Assembly: GCA_964388955.1 (NCBI GenBank)
Contig: CAYMCO010000004.1
Span: forward strand, 112,327-176,326
From: an uncultured Anaerolineaceae bacterium
GTDB lineage: Bacteria; Chloroflexota; Anaerolineae; Anaerolineales; E44-bin32
Direction: 5' to 3'
DNA: 64,000 nucleotides
The notes beneath the pieces were generated by a model. That model was given only the letters and a program-made list of their open reading frames with translations. It was not told the origin of the DNA and made no database searches. Made by a program: the position numbers and the translations under genes. Below are positions 27,618 through 36,952 of this stretch, piece after piece (the first letter of the stretch is position 1; each line of letters opens with the position of its first letter).

Positions 27618-28001
27618 TTGGGCCTCCTTGTCGCAGTCATCGCAGGTGCCTGCGGTGGATCAACAGCGCCCGATTCGGCAGAAGTCTCAGTCAGCATGGC
27701 CGAGTTCTCCTTCACCCCCTCCGTCGTGTCCGCGCCGGCGAGCGCCAAGATCACGTTGAAGCTCACCAATAACGGCACGGTAGATCATAACTGGGTTCTC
27801 ATGGAGGCCGCATACACCGCAGAGCCTCCATTTTCGGATGAAGATCAATCCCACGTGCTCCAGGAATTCACCTTATCGCCGGGCGAGCAACAGACAGTTA
27901 CCTTCACCGCGCCGAGCGATCCGGGCAAGTATCAAGTCGTCTGCAGCGCGCCCGGGCACCTGGAGGCAGGCATGCAGGGGACATTTACCTTCACAGAATG
28001 A
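27618..28001 (+). CDS. type-1 (blue) copper protein, auracyanin/plastocyanin-like lipoprotein
   Basis: 127 aa. Signal sequence with AGAC lipobox. Ligand set His (VDHNW) plus CSAPGHLEAGM. TTG start. Confidence 0.8.
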   Translation: MGLLVAVIAGACGGSTAPDSAEVSVSMAEFSFTPSVVSAPASAKITLKLTNNGTVDHNWVLMEAAYTAEPPFSDEDQSHVLQEFTLSPGEQQTVTFTAPSDPGKYQVVCSAPGHLEAGMQGTFTFTE

Positions 28002-28091
28002 CCAATGGCCAAATGACAGAGAGGCGACCGATATACAAGGGCTCCCCCACCGAAGAGGGTCCCGCGGCGTCCTTCAGCGCCCCTCTAGGCC

Positions 28092-28120
28092 AGCGGCGCA
28101 GGCAATGAGCCTGCGCCGCT
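28092..28120. terminator. bidirectional terminator-like hairpin between convergent genes
   Basis: Perfect 12-bp stem AGCGGCGCAGGC / GCCTGCGCCGCT with a 5-nt loop AATGA. No U-tract on either side. Confidence 0.5.
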
Positions 28121-28157
28121 CCATAACCCCGGAAATGCCACCCCCATAGTGCGTGGA

Positions 28158-28937
28158 TCAGGCTTGGCGGTAATAGACGACCAAGCCGATAATCAGCAGC
28201 GCGGCCACAGCGCCCAGGATGATCAGGCTTTGTGTCCGCCCCAAGGGGCCGGCCTCCTCAGGCACAGGCGTAGGTGCGGTGGCGGTGGGGCTCAGGCTGA
28301 GGACGTAGGCCGCTACATCTTCAACCTGGGCTGGGCTCAGGGGCCCCCCGTACTGCTCCCCCCAGGCGGGCATGATCGTCCCCTCGATCCCCTGCCCGAC
28401 TACCTGGCGTATAAAGGCATCCGGATTGATGCCCGACCAGGTTTTCGCCAGCGGCCAGCCGAAGCGTCCCTGCGCCTCTGCGCCATGGCAGGCCGCGCAG
28501 TTGCTCTGGAAGATCACCGCGCCTTCACTAGGGTCGCCGGTTACATTCGGCAGCGGAGTGATCTCGGGGGGTTGAATGGTGGGCGCTGGTTGCACAGGCT
28601 CAGTTCCATTCAAGATGCCCACCAAGTACGCCGCGATGTCTTCGATATCCTGGTCGGAAAGCGGGCCGCCATATACCGTTCCCCAGGCCGGCATCACCGT
28701 TCCCTCTATTCCTTGCGCGACGACCTGGCGGATGGTCGCATCAGCATCTACCCCAGGGAATGATTCCAGGGAGGCGCCCACGCGGCCCTTGGCATCTTCA
28801 CCGTGGCACATGGCGCAGTTCTCAAGGTACAGTTGTGCGCCCCGCTCCGGATCGCCGCCCTCTTGCGCGGCCGCGCCCATGAAAAGCAGGCCAGCCATCA
28901 TCAGGATCCAAGGAACAGATCTAAGTGTGCGGAGCAT
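28158..28937 (-). CDS. dihaem cytochrome c with C-terminal membrane anchor
   Basis: 259 aa. Signal peptide, two tandem class-I cytochrome c domains (CAMCH, CAACH; repeated GIEGTxMPAWG), and a C-terminal TM helix. Confidence 0.8.
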   Translation of the reverse strand: MLRTLRSVPWILMMAGLLFMGAAAQEGGDPERGAQLYLENCAMCHGEDAKGRVGASLESFPGVDADATIRQVVAQGIEGTVMPAWGTVYGGPLSDQDIEDIAAYLVGILNGTEPVQPAPTIQPPEITPLPNVTGDPSEGAVIFQSNCAACHGAEAQGRFGWPLAKTWSGINPDAFIRQVVGQGIEGTIMPAWGEQYGGPLSPAQVEDVAAYVLSLSPTATAPTPVPEEAGPLGRTQSLIILGAVAALLIIGLVVYYRQA

Positions 28938-29018
28938 TCATCGCCTCCGATTGCCGCGGCCCCCTGCGGGCCACCGAGCCATCCGCCCGGCGCACGTCAA
29001 GGTCCCGGATCCAGCCGC

Positions 29019-29852
29019 TCACCGCAACGTCAGCATATAGGCGATCAGATCGGCCGCCTCTTGTTTTGTCAGTTGGTCGCCAAAGGAAGGGGGCATTACA
29101 CCCGCGTCGTAGCCGGCGACCACAAAAGCCCCGGGCCGGACAATAGATTCCAGGAGATACTGCTCCGCGGTGGTCGCCTCTCCGGTGTAATCGGCCTGTT
29201 CAAAGCGCGTGGAGGCGCGTTCGCCGATACCCGGAGCGTCCCCTGAAGGCAGCCAGGCAGGGCCCACATCCGCCAGCACATGGCAGGCCTCACAGCCCAA
29301 GCTGGACGCCAATCGCTCCCCCTCCTGCGGGTCGCCCTCGGGGAGCCGTATGGTGATATCTGTGCCCACGACCGGCTCGGAGGGCACCGGCGTTGACGTC
29401 TCCGCCCCTGCCAAGGCGCGACTCTCCCAGTTCATGATGAATGCCACAACATTCTTGATCTGGTCCGGCCGCAGCGGGCCGCCGTATTCCTGTGACCAAG
29501 TGGGCATGCGCTGTGGATAATTGGTGCCTTCGCTGGGCACGGGCCTCCCGGCGGAAATCGTGCCCTCCAGATAATCCTCGACCGTGCCCGCGAACCCCAC
29601 CTCCTCCAATCGCTGGCCGTTGAACATGGCGGCGGTGTTGATGGCGGGAGCAAGACCTTCGACGCCCTTTCCCTGTGGGCCGTGGCAAGTACGGCAGTTT
29701 GAGTCAAAGATCGCCGCGCCTTCTTCTATGCTGCGCGAGGCGAAGGCGGCAGTATAGGTCCGCATGCGCTGGGATTCGTTGATGCCCACTACGGCCAGCA
29801 CGACAATGAAAATCACAAAGCACAGCGTCCCAAGGGTGATATACCATTTCAC
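29019..29852 (-). CDS. dihaem cytochrome c, N-terminally membrane anchored
   Basis: 277 aa. N-terminal TM helix with CRTCH and CEACH motifs. Directly downstream of cytochrome b. Confidence 0.8.
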   Translation of the reverse strand: MKWYITLGTLCFVIFIVVLAVVGINESQRMRTYTAAFASRSIEEGAAIFDSNCRTCHGPQGKGVEGLAPAINTAAMFNGQRLEEVGFAGTVEDYLEGTISAGRPVPSEGTNYPQRMPTWSQEYGGPLRPDQIKNVVAFIMNWESRALAGAETSTPVPSEPVVGTDITIRLPEGDPQEGERLASSLGCEACHVLADVGPAWLPSGDAPGIGERASTRFEQADYTGEATTAEQYLLESIVRPGAFVVAGYDAGVMPPSFGDQLTKQEAADLIAYMLTLR

Positions 29853-29855
29853 GGC

Positions 29856-31445
29856 CTATACCCCCCCATCGTAGTGGCTGTCTTGATGCAGGTATATGGA
29901 CTCGCTGAATTCCCCAGGCTCTCCGGTCTCAGAGTTCTGCCAGACCACCCGCAAAGTGATCTTCTTCAACTTGGGTTGCCAATCCTCCACGATCATGAAC
30001 CCCTGGAAATCGGTGCGCACCGGATCGTCGATGCTCACCAGTTCGTCGTCGAAAGACTCCAGAAGGTCTTGCATCGCGTAGGTGGGCGCGCTCGCCCATT
30101 CGGCGGCCTGGTAGGTGCCGAACTCGAGCTCCTCCCAGGGCGCCTCCCGCACTGGGCCGGCCTTCGTCTGGGGGAATAGGGAGGCCACGGCTTCCTGTTC
30201 GGGCGAAGTCTGCACCCCGTACAGGGGTGTCCCCATGTATGTCAGCGCTGCGACCAGAATGACGCTCACAACGGAGACGCTGATCCCCAAGGCGCGATCC
30301 CCATAGCGCCTGCTCGGGCCGACCTCCCAATAAGGCAAAAAGAGCAATGCAAACAGCAAGATCGGCGGCACCACCAGACCCCAGAAGACTTTGTCTCCCA
30401 GTTTGAGCATTCCCTGCAGCCACAAGAAGTACCAGGGCGCGGTGGTGTGCAGTGGGGTGACCAGGGGGTCCGCATGCGCCTCCAGTTTCGCGTGCCAGAA
30501 GAAGGCCGCCACGATGACCGTTGCGGCCACAAAGAGCGATGCATAGAAGAGTTCCCGGGTAAGCACGTTCGGGATGAAGTCCACGCGGTCACCGCGGCCA
30601 ATCCGCGTCGCGGTGTCTCCCCCCACCTCTTCCGTCTCGGGCGGCAAGCTGTGCCCGTGAATGATCACTTTGTAGTAGTGCACCGAGAATGCCACAATGC
30701 CGGCAATCGGGAGCGCGATCACATGCAGCAGATAGAAGCGGAGAAGACCGGCGGGGCCGAACTGCGGCCCCCCACGGACCAGGATGTTCAGCGCGCGTCC
30801 AAGCGCCTCTGGGGGCGCGGCCTCCACCATGGAGGACCCGATGGTCACCGCCCACAGACTGAGTTGATCCCAGGGCAGTAGGTAGCCCGAGAAGGAAAGG
30901 ATCAACGTGATCAACAAGAGTATCACTCCGGTGAACCACGTGAACTGCCGCGGCTTCTTGTAGGAGCCAGTGATGAATGTGCGCAACATGTGCAGGCCGA
31001 CGACGGCCACCATGGCCTCCGCCCCGAAGCGATGCAAATCGCGCGACAGTTGGCCGAAGGGCACGTTGCTCAGGATGGCCAACATATCCTCATAGGCCAC
31101 CTCCGGTGAAGGCGTATACCAGATCATCAAGTACACGCCGGTGAGGATCTCCAATGCGAAGAAGAAGGTCGCCAGCCAGCCCAGACGAAGCGTGGGATAG
31201 AAACGATCCACCAACTCATGATAGTAGGTCGGCCGGATGTGGAACCAGAAGCTCTCTTTGTGCGGTTTGATGCGCGGGTTGGGCCGCGGCGCTGGATCGC
31301 CACGCAGAATGGACCGGAATTCCTTGAAATCGATCCCCGTGGTGACGCGGGTGAATATGTCATCCACCTTTGCAGTCGTCGCCTTTCGGGCGCCCTTCTC
31401 CTTGACTTGATCGAGAAAGGGCAGATGCACGCGAAATCTTGCCAT
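29856..31445 (-). CDS. cytochrome b (b6 plus subunit-IV-like parts fused) with soluble C-terminal extension
   Basis: Start at MARFRVHLPF (31445), 16 nt after the Rieske stop. Multi-TM with Qo-site-like APWYFLWLQ, and about 115 non-hydrophobic residues at the C-terminus. Confidence 0.85.
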   Translation of the reverse strand: MARFRVHLPFLDQVKEKGARKATTAKVDDIFTRVTTGIDFKEFRSILRGDPAPRPNPRIKPHKESFWFHIRPTYYHELVDRFYPTLRLGWLATFFFALEILTGVYLMIWYTPSPEVAYEDMLAILSNVPFGQLSRDLHRFGAEAMVAVVGLHMLRTFITGSYKKPRQFTWFTGVILLLITLILSFSGYLLPWDQLSLWAVTIGSSMVEAAPPEALGRALNILVRGGPQFGPAGLLRFYLLHVIALPIAGIVAFSVHYYKVIIHGHSLPPETEEVGGDTATRIGRGDRVDFIPNVLTRELFYASLFVAATVIVAAFFWHAKLEAHADPLVTPLHTTAPWYFLWLQGMLKLGDKVFWGLVVPPILLFALLFLPYWEVGPSRRYGDRALGISVSVVSVILVAALTYMGTPLYGVQTSPEQEAVASLFPQTKAGPVREAPWEELEFGTYQAAEWASAPTYAMQDLLESFDDELVSIDDPVRTDFQGFMIVEDWQPKLKKITLRVVWQNSETGEPGEFSESIYLHQDSHYDGGV

Positions 31446-31461
31446 TCCTTCTCTCCTCGGT

Positions 31462-32106
31462 CTAGATCCCTCCACCCGGCTGTGAATTCGGAGCGCCCCG
31501 GATGGCCCGGCTCGTATTGATTCGCAGGGAGGATGCATTCGGCGGGATTTCAACCGGGCTCGCCTCGTGACTGTCAAAGGTCGGTTCCGTGGTGGAGAGA
31601 ACGTTGCCAACACCATCTACCACTTCAATCACGAATGCGTCCAAGTTGCGGCGCGCGGGCCCATCGATGCGCGCCCCCGTCTTGAGGAATTTCGAACCGT
31701 GACAGGGGCATTCGAAGCGGTCATTTGGCGGCGTCCATTTGTACAAGCAACCCAAGTGCGTACACACTTTGTAGATAGCGCGCACCCCCTTCGTCAACGG
31801 ATAATCCTCCGGTTGGCGAGGATCGCTCAGTGAATCCGGCCCGATGTTCACCAACCAGAACCTGCCTCCGGGGAACTCCTTGGGACTTGTATCCGCAGGG
31901 GGAATCTGCTCCACCGGGATCGTAAACACCCCTCCAAACTCGCCTTGCGGGATGCGGGGGTAGGCATACCAGATGGTGGCTCCTGTCACGCCCAGAGAAG
32001 CAGCGGTGATTGTGAAACCCCACAGATAATAGAGAAACTCGCGCCGATTGATCCGCTGGTCCTCTGCGCCCTCCTCGACCGCGGTCGCCACAACCTCATC
32101 ACTCAT
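31462..32106 (-). CDS. Rieske [2Fe-2S] protein
   Basis: 214 aa. CTHLGC...CPCHGSKF cluster boxes, with an N-terminal Tat-like RREF and a TM helix. Confidence 0.85.
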   Translation of the reverse strand: MSDEVVATAVEEGAEDQRINRREFLYYLWGFTITAASLGVTGATIWYAYPRIPQGEFGGVFTIPVEQIPPADTSPKEFPGGRFWLVNIGPDSLSDPRQPEDYPLTKGVRAIYKVCTHLGCLYKWTPPNDRFECPCHGSKFLKTGARIDGPARRNLDAFVIEVVDGVGNVLSTTEPTFDSHEASPVEIPPNASSLRINTSRAIRGAPNSQPGGGI

Positions 32107-32220
32107 ATACAGTCTCCTGGGTTAATTGGAGGGGATCCAAAGCGGATGGTGGTCAATCTTCGGGATCTCCTGGATGCCTCTGGCGGTGACGACACGCATT
32201 CTTACATATCCGCCTAATTG

Positions 32221-32226
32221 TGTCAA
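32221..32226 (-). promoter_or_regulatory. -35-like TTGACA (minus strand) upstream of the Rieske/cytochrome b operon
   Basis: Perfect TTGACA on the minus strand, preceded by an A7 tract (T7 on plus, 32234..32240), about 115 nt upstream of the Rieske ATG. The -10 is only weak (TAAGAAT). Confidence 0.35.
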
Positions 32227-32549
32227 GATTACACGTTTTTTTATGCCTATTCCGGAGCTATCTCGCTCCATACTTGCCGGCAAACCGCAGCATGGACGGA
32301 GTGCTTATCGAGAAGGCCAGAATCGCCAAAGCGTTCCCAAAATCGAGACCACCAAGCCCAGCAGGAATAAGCCCAAGAAAATCAAGTAGGTCAGGCGGTT
32401 GGTGGACCAGTGCTGCCCGAGGCCGGCACGGGGGCGCTCCGGAGGGATTTCATCATGGAGCGACCTGGCCCAAGGGCGGGCCCACAGACACCCAGGGTGC
32501 TCAGGGAGCCCATACCGCATTCCGCTAGAAATGGATCGGGAGAGAAGGT

Positions 32550-32567
32550 TTGTGAACTTGGACACAA
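32550..32567. promoter_or_regulatory. Rex/CRP-family-like inverted repeat upstream of cydA
   Basis: TTGTGAA-CTTG-GACACAA. The left half equals the Rex operator half-site TTGTGAA as I recall it; the right half matches 5 of 7. A -10-like TATAAA follows at 32573..32578. About 170 nt upstream of the cydA ATG. Confidence 0.4.
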
Positions 32568-32739
32568 ACGGATATAAATACAGTCGGGGCTTGGGGGAGC
32601 GACTGAATGCTGACCATACCAGCGATCGTATCGCGGGTTGTTGGTTGTCCCCTACCGCATATCCGCGCTGGGCGGCATATCGTGTCAGCGCCGGGCCCCC
32701 GGTCCGGATCCGCATGCTGAAGATGCCGGGAGGCTTCAT

Positions 32740-34110
32740 ATGAGTATCGTGAACTTGGCTCGCCTCCAATTCGCAATCACCGCCATCTATCACTTCTTCT
32801 TCGTCCCCCTCACTATGGGCCTATCCATCTTGGTCGCCTTGATGGAAACGAGGTACGTGCGCTCCAACGATGAGACCTACAAGCGCATGGTGCGGTTCTG
32901 GGGGAATCTTTTCTTGATCAACTTCGCGCTGGGCGTGGTCACCGGGCTGGTGATGGAGTTTCAATTCGGGATGAACTGGTCGGAGTACTCGCGGTTCGTC
33001 GGCGATGTCTTCGGCGCGCCCCTGGCGATAGAGGCGCTGGTGGCTTTCTTCCTCGAATCGACCTTCCTGGGCATATGGGTTTTCGGATGGGAGAAGCTTT
33101 CCAAGCGCGCCCATGCAGCCGCGATGTGGATGGTGGCCATCGGATCGAATCTGTCCGCGTTGTGGATCTTGATCGCCAACTCCTTCATGCAAGAGCCGGT
33201 GGGATATACGATCCGAAATTCGCGCGCGGAGATGACCGATTTTGTCGCTCTGCTCACCAACCCGAACATATTCGTGCAGTTCCCCCATGTATTCGGCGCG
33301 GGGTTGACAACCGCCGCATTCTTCATATTGGGAATCAGCGCCTATCACTTGATTCGGAAGAAGGAACATCAGGCCTTCTTCTTTCGCTCATTCCGCTGGG
33401 CGGCCACAGCCGGAGTGATCGGCACCCTGATCGTGATCATCGCCGGCCATATCCAGGGCCAGCACGTTGTCCGCATGCAGCCCATGAAGATGGCCGCGGC
33501 GGAGGCGCTTTGGGAAACGCAGGATCCGGCCTCTTTCTCGATCTTTACCATCGCCAATGAGCGGCAAATGCGAGATATCTTCTCCATCCGCATTCCCAAC
33601 CTGCTGAGCATCCTGGTCTACAACAGCACGAAGGGGGAAGTCCTGGGGGTACGTGATCTGCAGGCACAGTACGTCGAGCAGTATGGCCCGGGCAATTACG
33701 TGCCCTCCGTGTTTACCGCTTACTGGACGTTCCGCTTGATGGTGGGGGCGGGCTTCCTGATGTTCGCATTAGCCGCCTATGCCCTATACAGGACACTACG
33801 TACCGGGGCCCTCAGCGACAATCGGATTCACCGGCTGCTGCCCCTGGCTATCGGGCTGCCGTATTTGGCGAACACCACCGGATGGCTGCTGGCCGAGATG
33901 GGCAGAGCACCCTGGGCAGTCTACGGATTGCAGCGCATGGAGGAGGCGGTCTCGCCCAACACCGGACTCGGCGCGCTCCTGTTTTCGCTGATCGGGTTCA
34001 CCCTGCTGTACGCGGCGCTCATCGCAGTCGATGGCTATCTGCTGGCCAAGTATGCCCTGCGAGGGCCGGTTCAAGAGCCCACAGTCGGCCAATCCGGCAA
34101 TAGCGCCTGA
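32740..34110 (+). CDS. cydA: cytochrome bd ubiquinol oxidase subunit I
   Basis: Start at MSIVNLARLQFAITAIYHFFFVPLT (ATG 32740). CydA-like throughout, including the Q-loop region. Confidence 0.9.
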   Translation: MSIVNLARLQFAITAIYHFFFVPLTMGLSILVALMETRYVRSNDETYKRMVRFWGNLFLINFALGVVTGLVMEFQFGMNWSEYSRFVGDVFGAPLAIEALVAFFLESTFLGIWVFGWEKLSKRAHAAAMWMVAIGSNLSALWILIANSFMQEPVGYTIRNSRAEMTDFVALLTNPNIFVQFPHVFGAGLTTAAFFILGISAYHLIRKKEHQAFFFRSFRWAATAGVIGTLIVIIAGHIQGQHVVRMQPMKMAAAEALWETQDPASFSIFTIANERQMRDIFSIRIPNLLSILVYNSTKGEVLGVRDLQAQYVEQYGPGNYVPSVFTAYWTFRLMVGAGFLMFALAAYALYRTLRTGALSDNRIHRLLPLAIGLPYLANTTGWLLAEMGRAPWAVYGLQRMEEAVSPNTGLGALLFSLIGFTLLYAALIAVDGYLLAKYALRGPVQEPTVGQSGNSA

Positions 34111-34131
34111 GAGGACAAAAGGAGGCCTACT

Positions 34132-35145
34132 ATGGATCTTCCCACGCTCTGGTACGCGCTGATCGCGGTCCTCTTCTTGGGATATTTCATACTGGAAGGT
34201 TTCGACTTCGGGGTAGGGATCCTGTCCCCCTTTCTATCCAGAGAGGATCAGGAGCGGCGCATAATCATCAACACCATTGGCCCCCATTGGGACGCCAATG
34301 AAGTCTGGCTGATCACCGCTGGGGGGGCGATGTTCGCAGCCTTCCCACACTGGTACGCGACGCTCTTCAGCGGCTTCTACATTCCCCTCTTCCTATTGCT
34401 GATAGCCTTGATAGGGCGAGGCGTGGCCTTTGAATTTCGGGGCAAGCGGGAACACGAATCCTGGCGGATGATTTGGGATTGGCTGCTGTTCCTCGGCAGC
34501 GCCATCCCGCCGCTGCTCCTGGGGATCGCCATGGCCAACCTCATCCGCGGCGTCCCGATTGACGCAAATATGACCTATGTCGGTGGCTTCTGGAACCTGC
34601 TCAATCCCTTCTCCCTGCTCTGTGGTGTCTTGACCCTCGCCCTTTTCACCTTTCACGGGGCGAATTTCCTGGCGCTAAAGACGGTCGGCATGGTTGCCCG
34701 GCGGGCCCAGGGGGCCGCCGCCCGGCTGTGGATTCCCGCTTTGGGGATCGCGTGCGTGGTCTCCGGGTGGGGCTGGATTTCCTTGGGCGGTTCCTCCGCA
34801 ATGGGAGGCACGGCGGCGCCGATGCTGGTCGGCGCGTTGGCCGCGATCCTCGGCAGCGGTTTGGCCGATTTGCGTGCCCGGAACGGCTGGGGGTTCGCCC
34901 TGAGCAGCGCGGCCATCGCACTTTCCACCCTCGCCTTGTTCGTCGCGCTGTTCCCACGCCTGATGGTCTCCAGCTTGGATCCAGCCTGGAGTTTGACCAT
35001 CGGAAGTGCCTCTGCAAGTCCCTACACATTGAAGGTGATGAGCGTGGTGGCCCTCGTATTCATCCCCGTTGTGCTGCTCTATCAGGGTTGGTCCTACCGC
35101 GTCTTCCGGGAACGGATTGGGGGCGAATCCAAGTTGGAGTATTGA
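34132..35145 (+). CDS. cydB: cytochrome bd ubiquinol oxidase subunit II
   Basis: 337 aa. MDLPTLWYALIAVLFLGYFILEGFDFG N-terminus is typical of CydB. Confidence 0.9.
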   Translation: MDLPTLWYALIAVLFLGYFILEGFDFGVGILSPFLSREDQERRIIINTIGPHWDANEVWLITAGGAMFAAFPHWYATLFSGFYIPLFLLLIALIGRGVAFEFRGKREHESWRMIWDWLLFLGSAIPPLLLGIAMANLIRGVPIDANMTYVGGFWNLLNPFSLLCGVLTLALFTFHGANFLALKTVGMVARRAQGAAARLWIPALGIACVVSGWGWISLGGSSAMGGTAAPMLVGALAAILGSGLADLRARNGWGFALSSAAIALSTLALFVALFPRLMVSSLDPAWSLTIGSASASPYTLKVMSVVALVFIPVVLLYQGWSYRVFRERIGGESKLEY

Positions 35146-35221
35146 CCATGGCCTGGCGTCGAAGCCCATGCAGGGAGGCGCGATTCCGTCGAAACCGCAG
35201 GCGCCGGGTGAACCGTTCGAT

Positions 35222-36913
35222 ATGAATCTGACCGCGCGACTGCTAAGAGAGGCATCACCGTACCGACTGCCGCTCATCGCCATCGCGGCGACCTGCGCGC
35301 TGACCGGGATCACGATCGTGGTGCAGGCCCACGCGCTCAGCTTCAGCATTGCACGGGCGTTCCTGGGTGGCTGGTCCCTATCTGCCCTGATTCCCATGAT
35401 ACTGGCCTTCACCTTCGCAAGCCTCGTCCGAGCGGGGCTGACCTCAGTTCGGATCCTCAGCGGCCAACGCCTGGCGAACCACGTCATTGCCAGCTTCCGT
35501 TCTCGGTTGGTGGCACACCTGTTCGAACTCGGGCCCGTACGTGTCAGCGCCGAGCGCAGCGGCGAACTGGCCAACACATTGGCCGAGGGCGTCGAGCACC
35601 TGGATGCCTACTTCGGGGGATATGTGCCGCAGATCGTCGCTACGGCTTCAATCCCCCTCATCCTGTTGGCCTTCGCCTTCCCCGTTGAGCCCCTCTCGGC
35701 CCTCCTGTTGCTCCTCACCGCCCCATTTCTATTGCTGCTGATGTACTTAATTGGGTCGGCAGCCGATCGGCTGGCGCGCCGACAATTCACCGCCCTCAGC
35801 CGGCTGAGTGCCCAGTTTATCGATTCCCTGCGGGGGCTGACTGCCCTCAAGCTGCTGGGCGCAAGTCGGGGGCGCTCCGATGTGATCGCAGAATCGAGCG
35901 AGCAGCTGCGAGAAAGGACTTTGGGCGTGCTGCGGCTGGCATTCCTCTCCGCCATGTCCCTCGAGATGTTGGCGATGATCAGCACAGCGATCGTTGCAGT
36001 TCAGGTTGGGCTGCGGCTGCTGAATGGGAAGCTCGGCTTCCAGCAGGGGCTCTTCGTCCTGCTGCTTGCCCCCGAGTTCTACCAGCCACTTCGAGCGCTT
36101 GGGGCGTGTTTCCACGCCGGCACGGCCGGGGCTTCCGCCGCGGAACGGATTTTCGAAATCCTCGATACAAGCCCCGAGAAGGTGCCCATCCAGCCTGGTT
36201 GGCGCCAGCATCAGATCGAGAGGACTGCGGTTGAATTCCGAAACGTGCATTTCTCCTATCCGGGGCGCCCGAAATCTGTGCTGCGCGGGGCGTCATTTTC
36301 TGTCCCGGCAGGGAGGACTGTGGCGCTGATCGGGCCCAGCGGCGAGGGCAAGTCGACCGTCGCCCACCTACTGCTCGGTTTTCTAAGACCAACGCGCGGG
36401 GAAATCATCGTGAACGGCTCCCCCCTGGCGCAGCACGACCTCGAGGCCTGGCGTTCCAACGTCTCATGGATACCACAGCATCCCTACCTCTTCAATCGCT
36501 CTGTGGAGGAAAATATCCGCCTCGCAAAACCATCGGCTTCCAATGCAGAGCTGATCGAAGCCGCGCGCCTCGCCGCCGCAGACCGCTTCATCCGGGCGTT
36601 GCCGCAGGGCTACGATACAGTTATCGGGGAGCGTGGCCTGCGTCTGAGCCGCGGGGAGGCACAGCGCGTCGCTCTGGCCAGGGCATTTCTCAAGGATGCC
36701 CCCTTCGTGATTCTCGACGAGCCCAGCGCGCACTTGGATCCGGAAACCGAAGCGCTCATTCGAACCTGCATGGAAAGCTTGCTGGCGGGGCGGAGCGCCC
36801 TGCTGATCGCCCACCGTTTGGGCAGCATACCTCAGCCAGCTGAAGTCATCGCCCTGTTCGACGGGCAGGTCTCTGAAAATGGGATTCCCACCGGCGCCTC
36901 GCCCGGGAGGTAG
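35222..36913 (+). CDS. cydD: thiol reductant ABC exporter subunit (CydD-type)
   Basis: Six-TM domain plus ABC ATPase (GPSGEGKST, LSRGEAQR). First of two ABC half-transporters after cydAB. The D versus C assignment rests on gene order only. Confidence 0.8.
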   Translation: MNLTARLLREASPYRLPLIAIAATCALTGITIVVQAHALSFSIARAFLGGWSLSALIPMILAFTFASLVRAGLTSVRILSGQRLANHVIASFRSRLVAHLFELGPVRVSAERSGELANTLAEGVEHLDAYFGGYVPQIVATASIPLILLAFAFPVEPLSALLLLLTAPFLLLLMYLIGSAADRLARRQFTALSRLSAQFIDSLRGLTALKLLGASRGRSDVIAESSEQLRERTLGVLRLAFLSAMSLEMLAMISTAIVAVQVGLRLLNGKLGFQQGLFVLLLAPEFYQPLRALGACFHAGTAGASAAERIFEILDTSPEKVPIQPGWRQHQIERTAVEFRNVHFSYPGRPKSVLRGASFSVPAGRTVALIGPSGEGKSTVAHLLLGFLRPTRGEIIVNGSPLAQHDLEAWRSNVSWIPQHPYLFNRSVEENIRLAKPSASNAELIEAARLAAADRFIRALPQGYDTVIGERGLRLSRGEAQRVALARAFLKDAPFVILDEPSAHLDPETEALIRTCMESLLAGRSALLIAHRLGSIPQPAEVIALFDGQVSENGIPTGASPGR

Positions 36914-36952
36914 CGTGAAATCACTTGCCCTTCACGCCCATGGGGGTGACAT

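Noticed and set aside
32305-32520. Possible 72-aa minus-strand ORF ending in a TM-like helix (LTYLIFLGLFLLGLVVSILGTLW), upstream of the Rieske gene
   Set aside because: There is no recognisable family and no convincing ribosome-binding site, and a 198-bp gap separates it from the Rieske gene. It lies in a region better explained as divergent promoters. I left it uncalled, but it could be tested by Ribo-seq.
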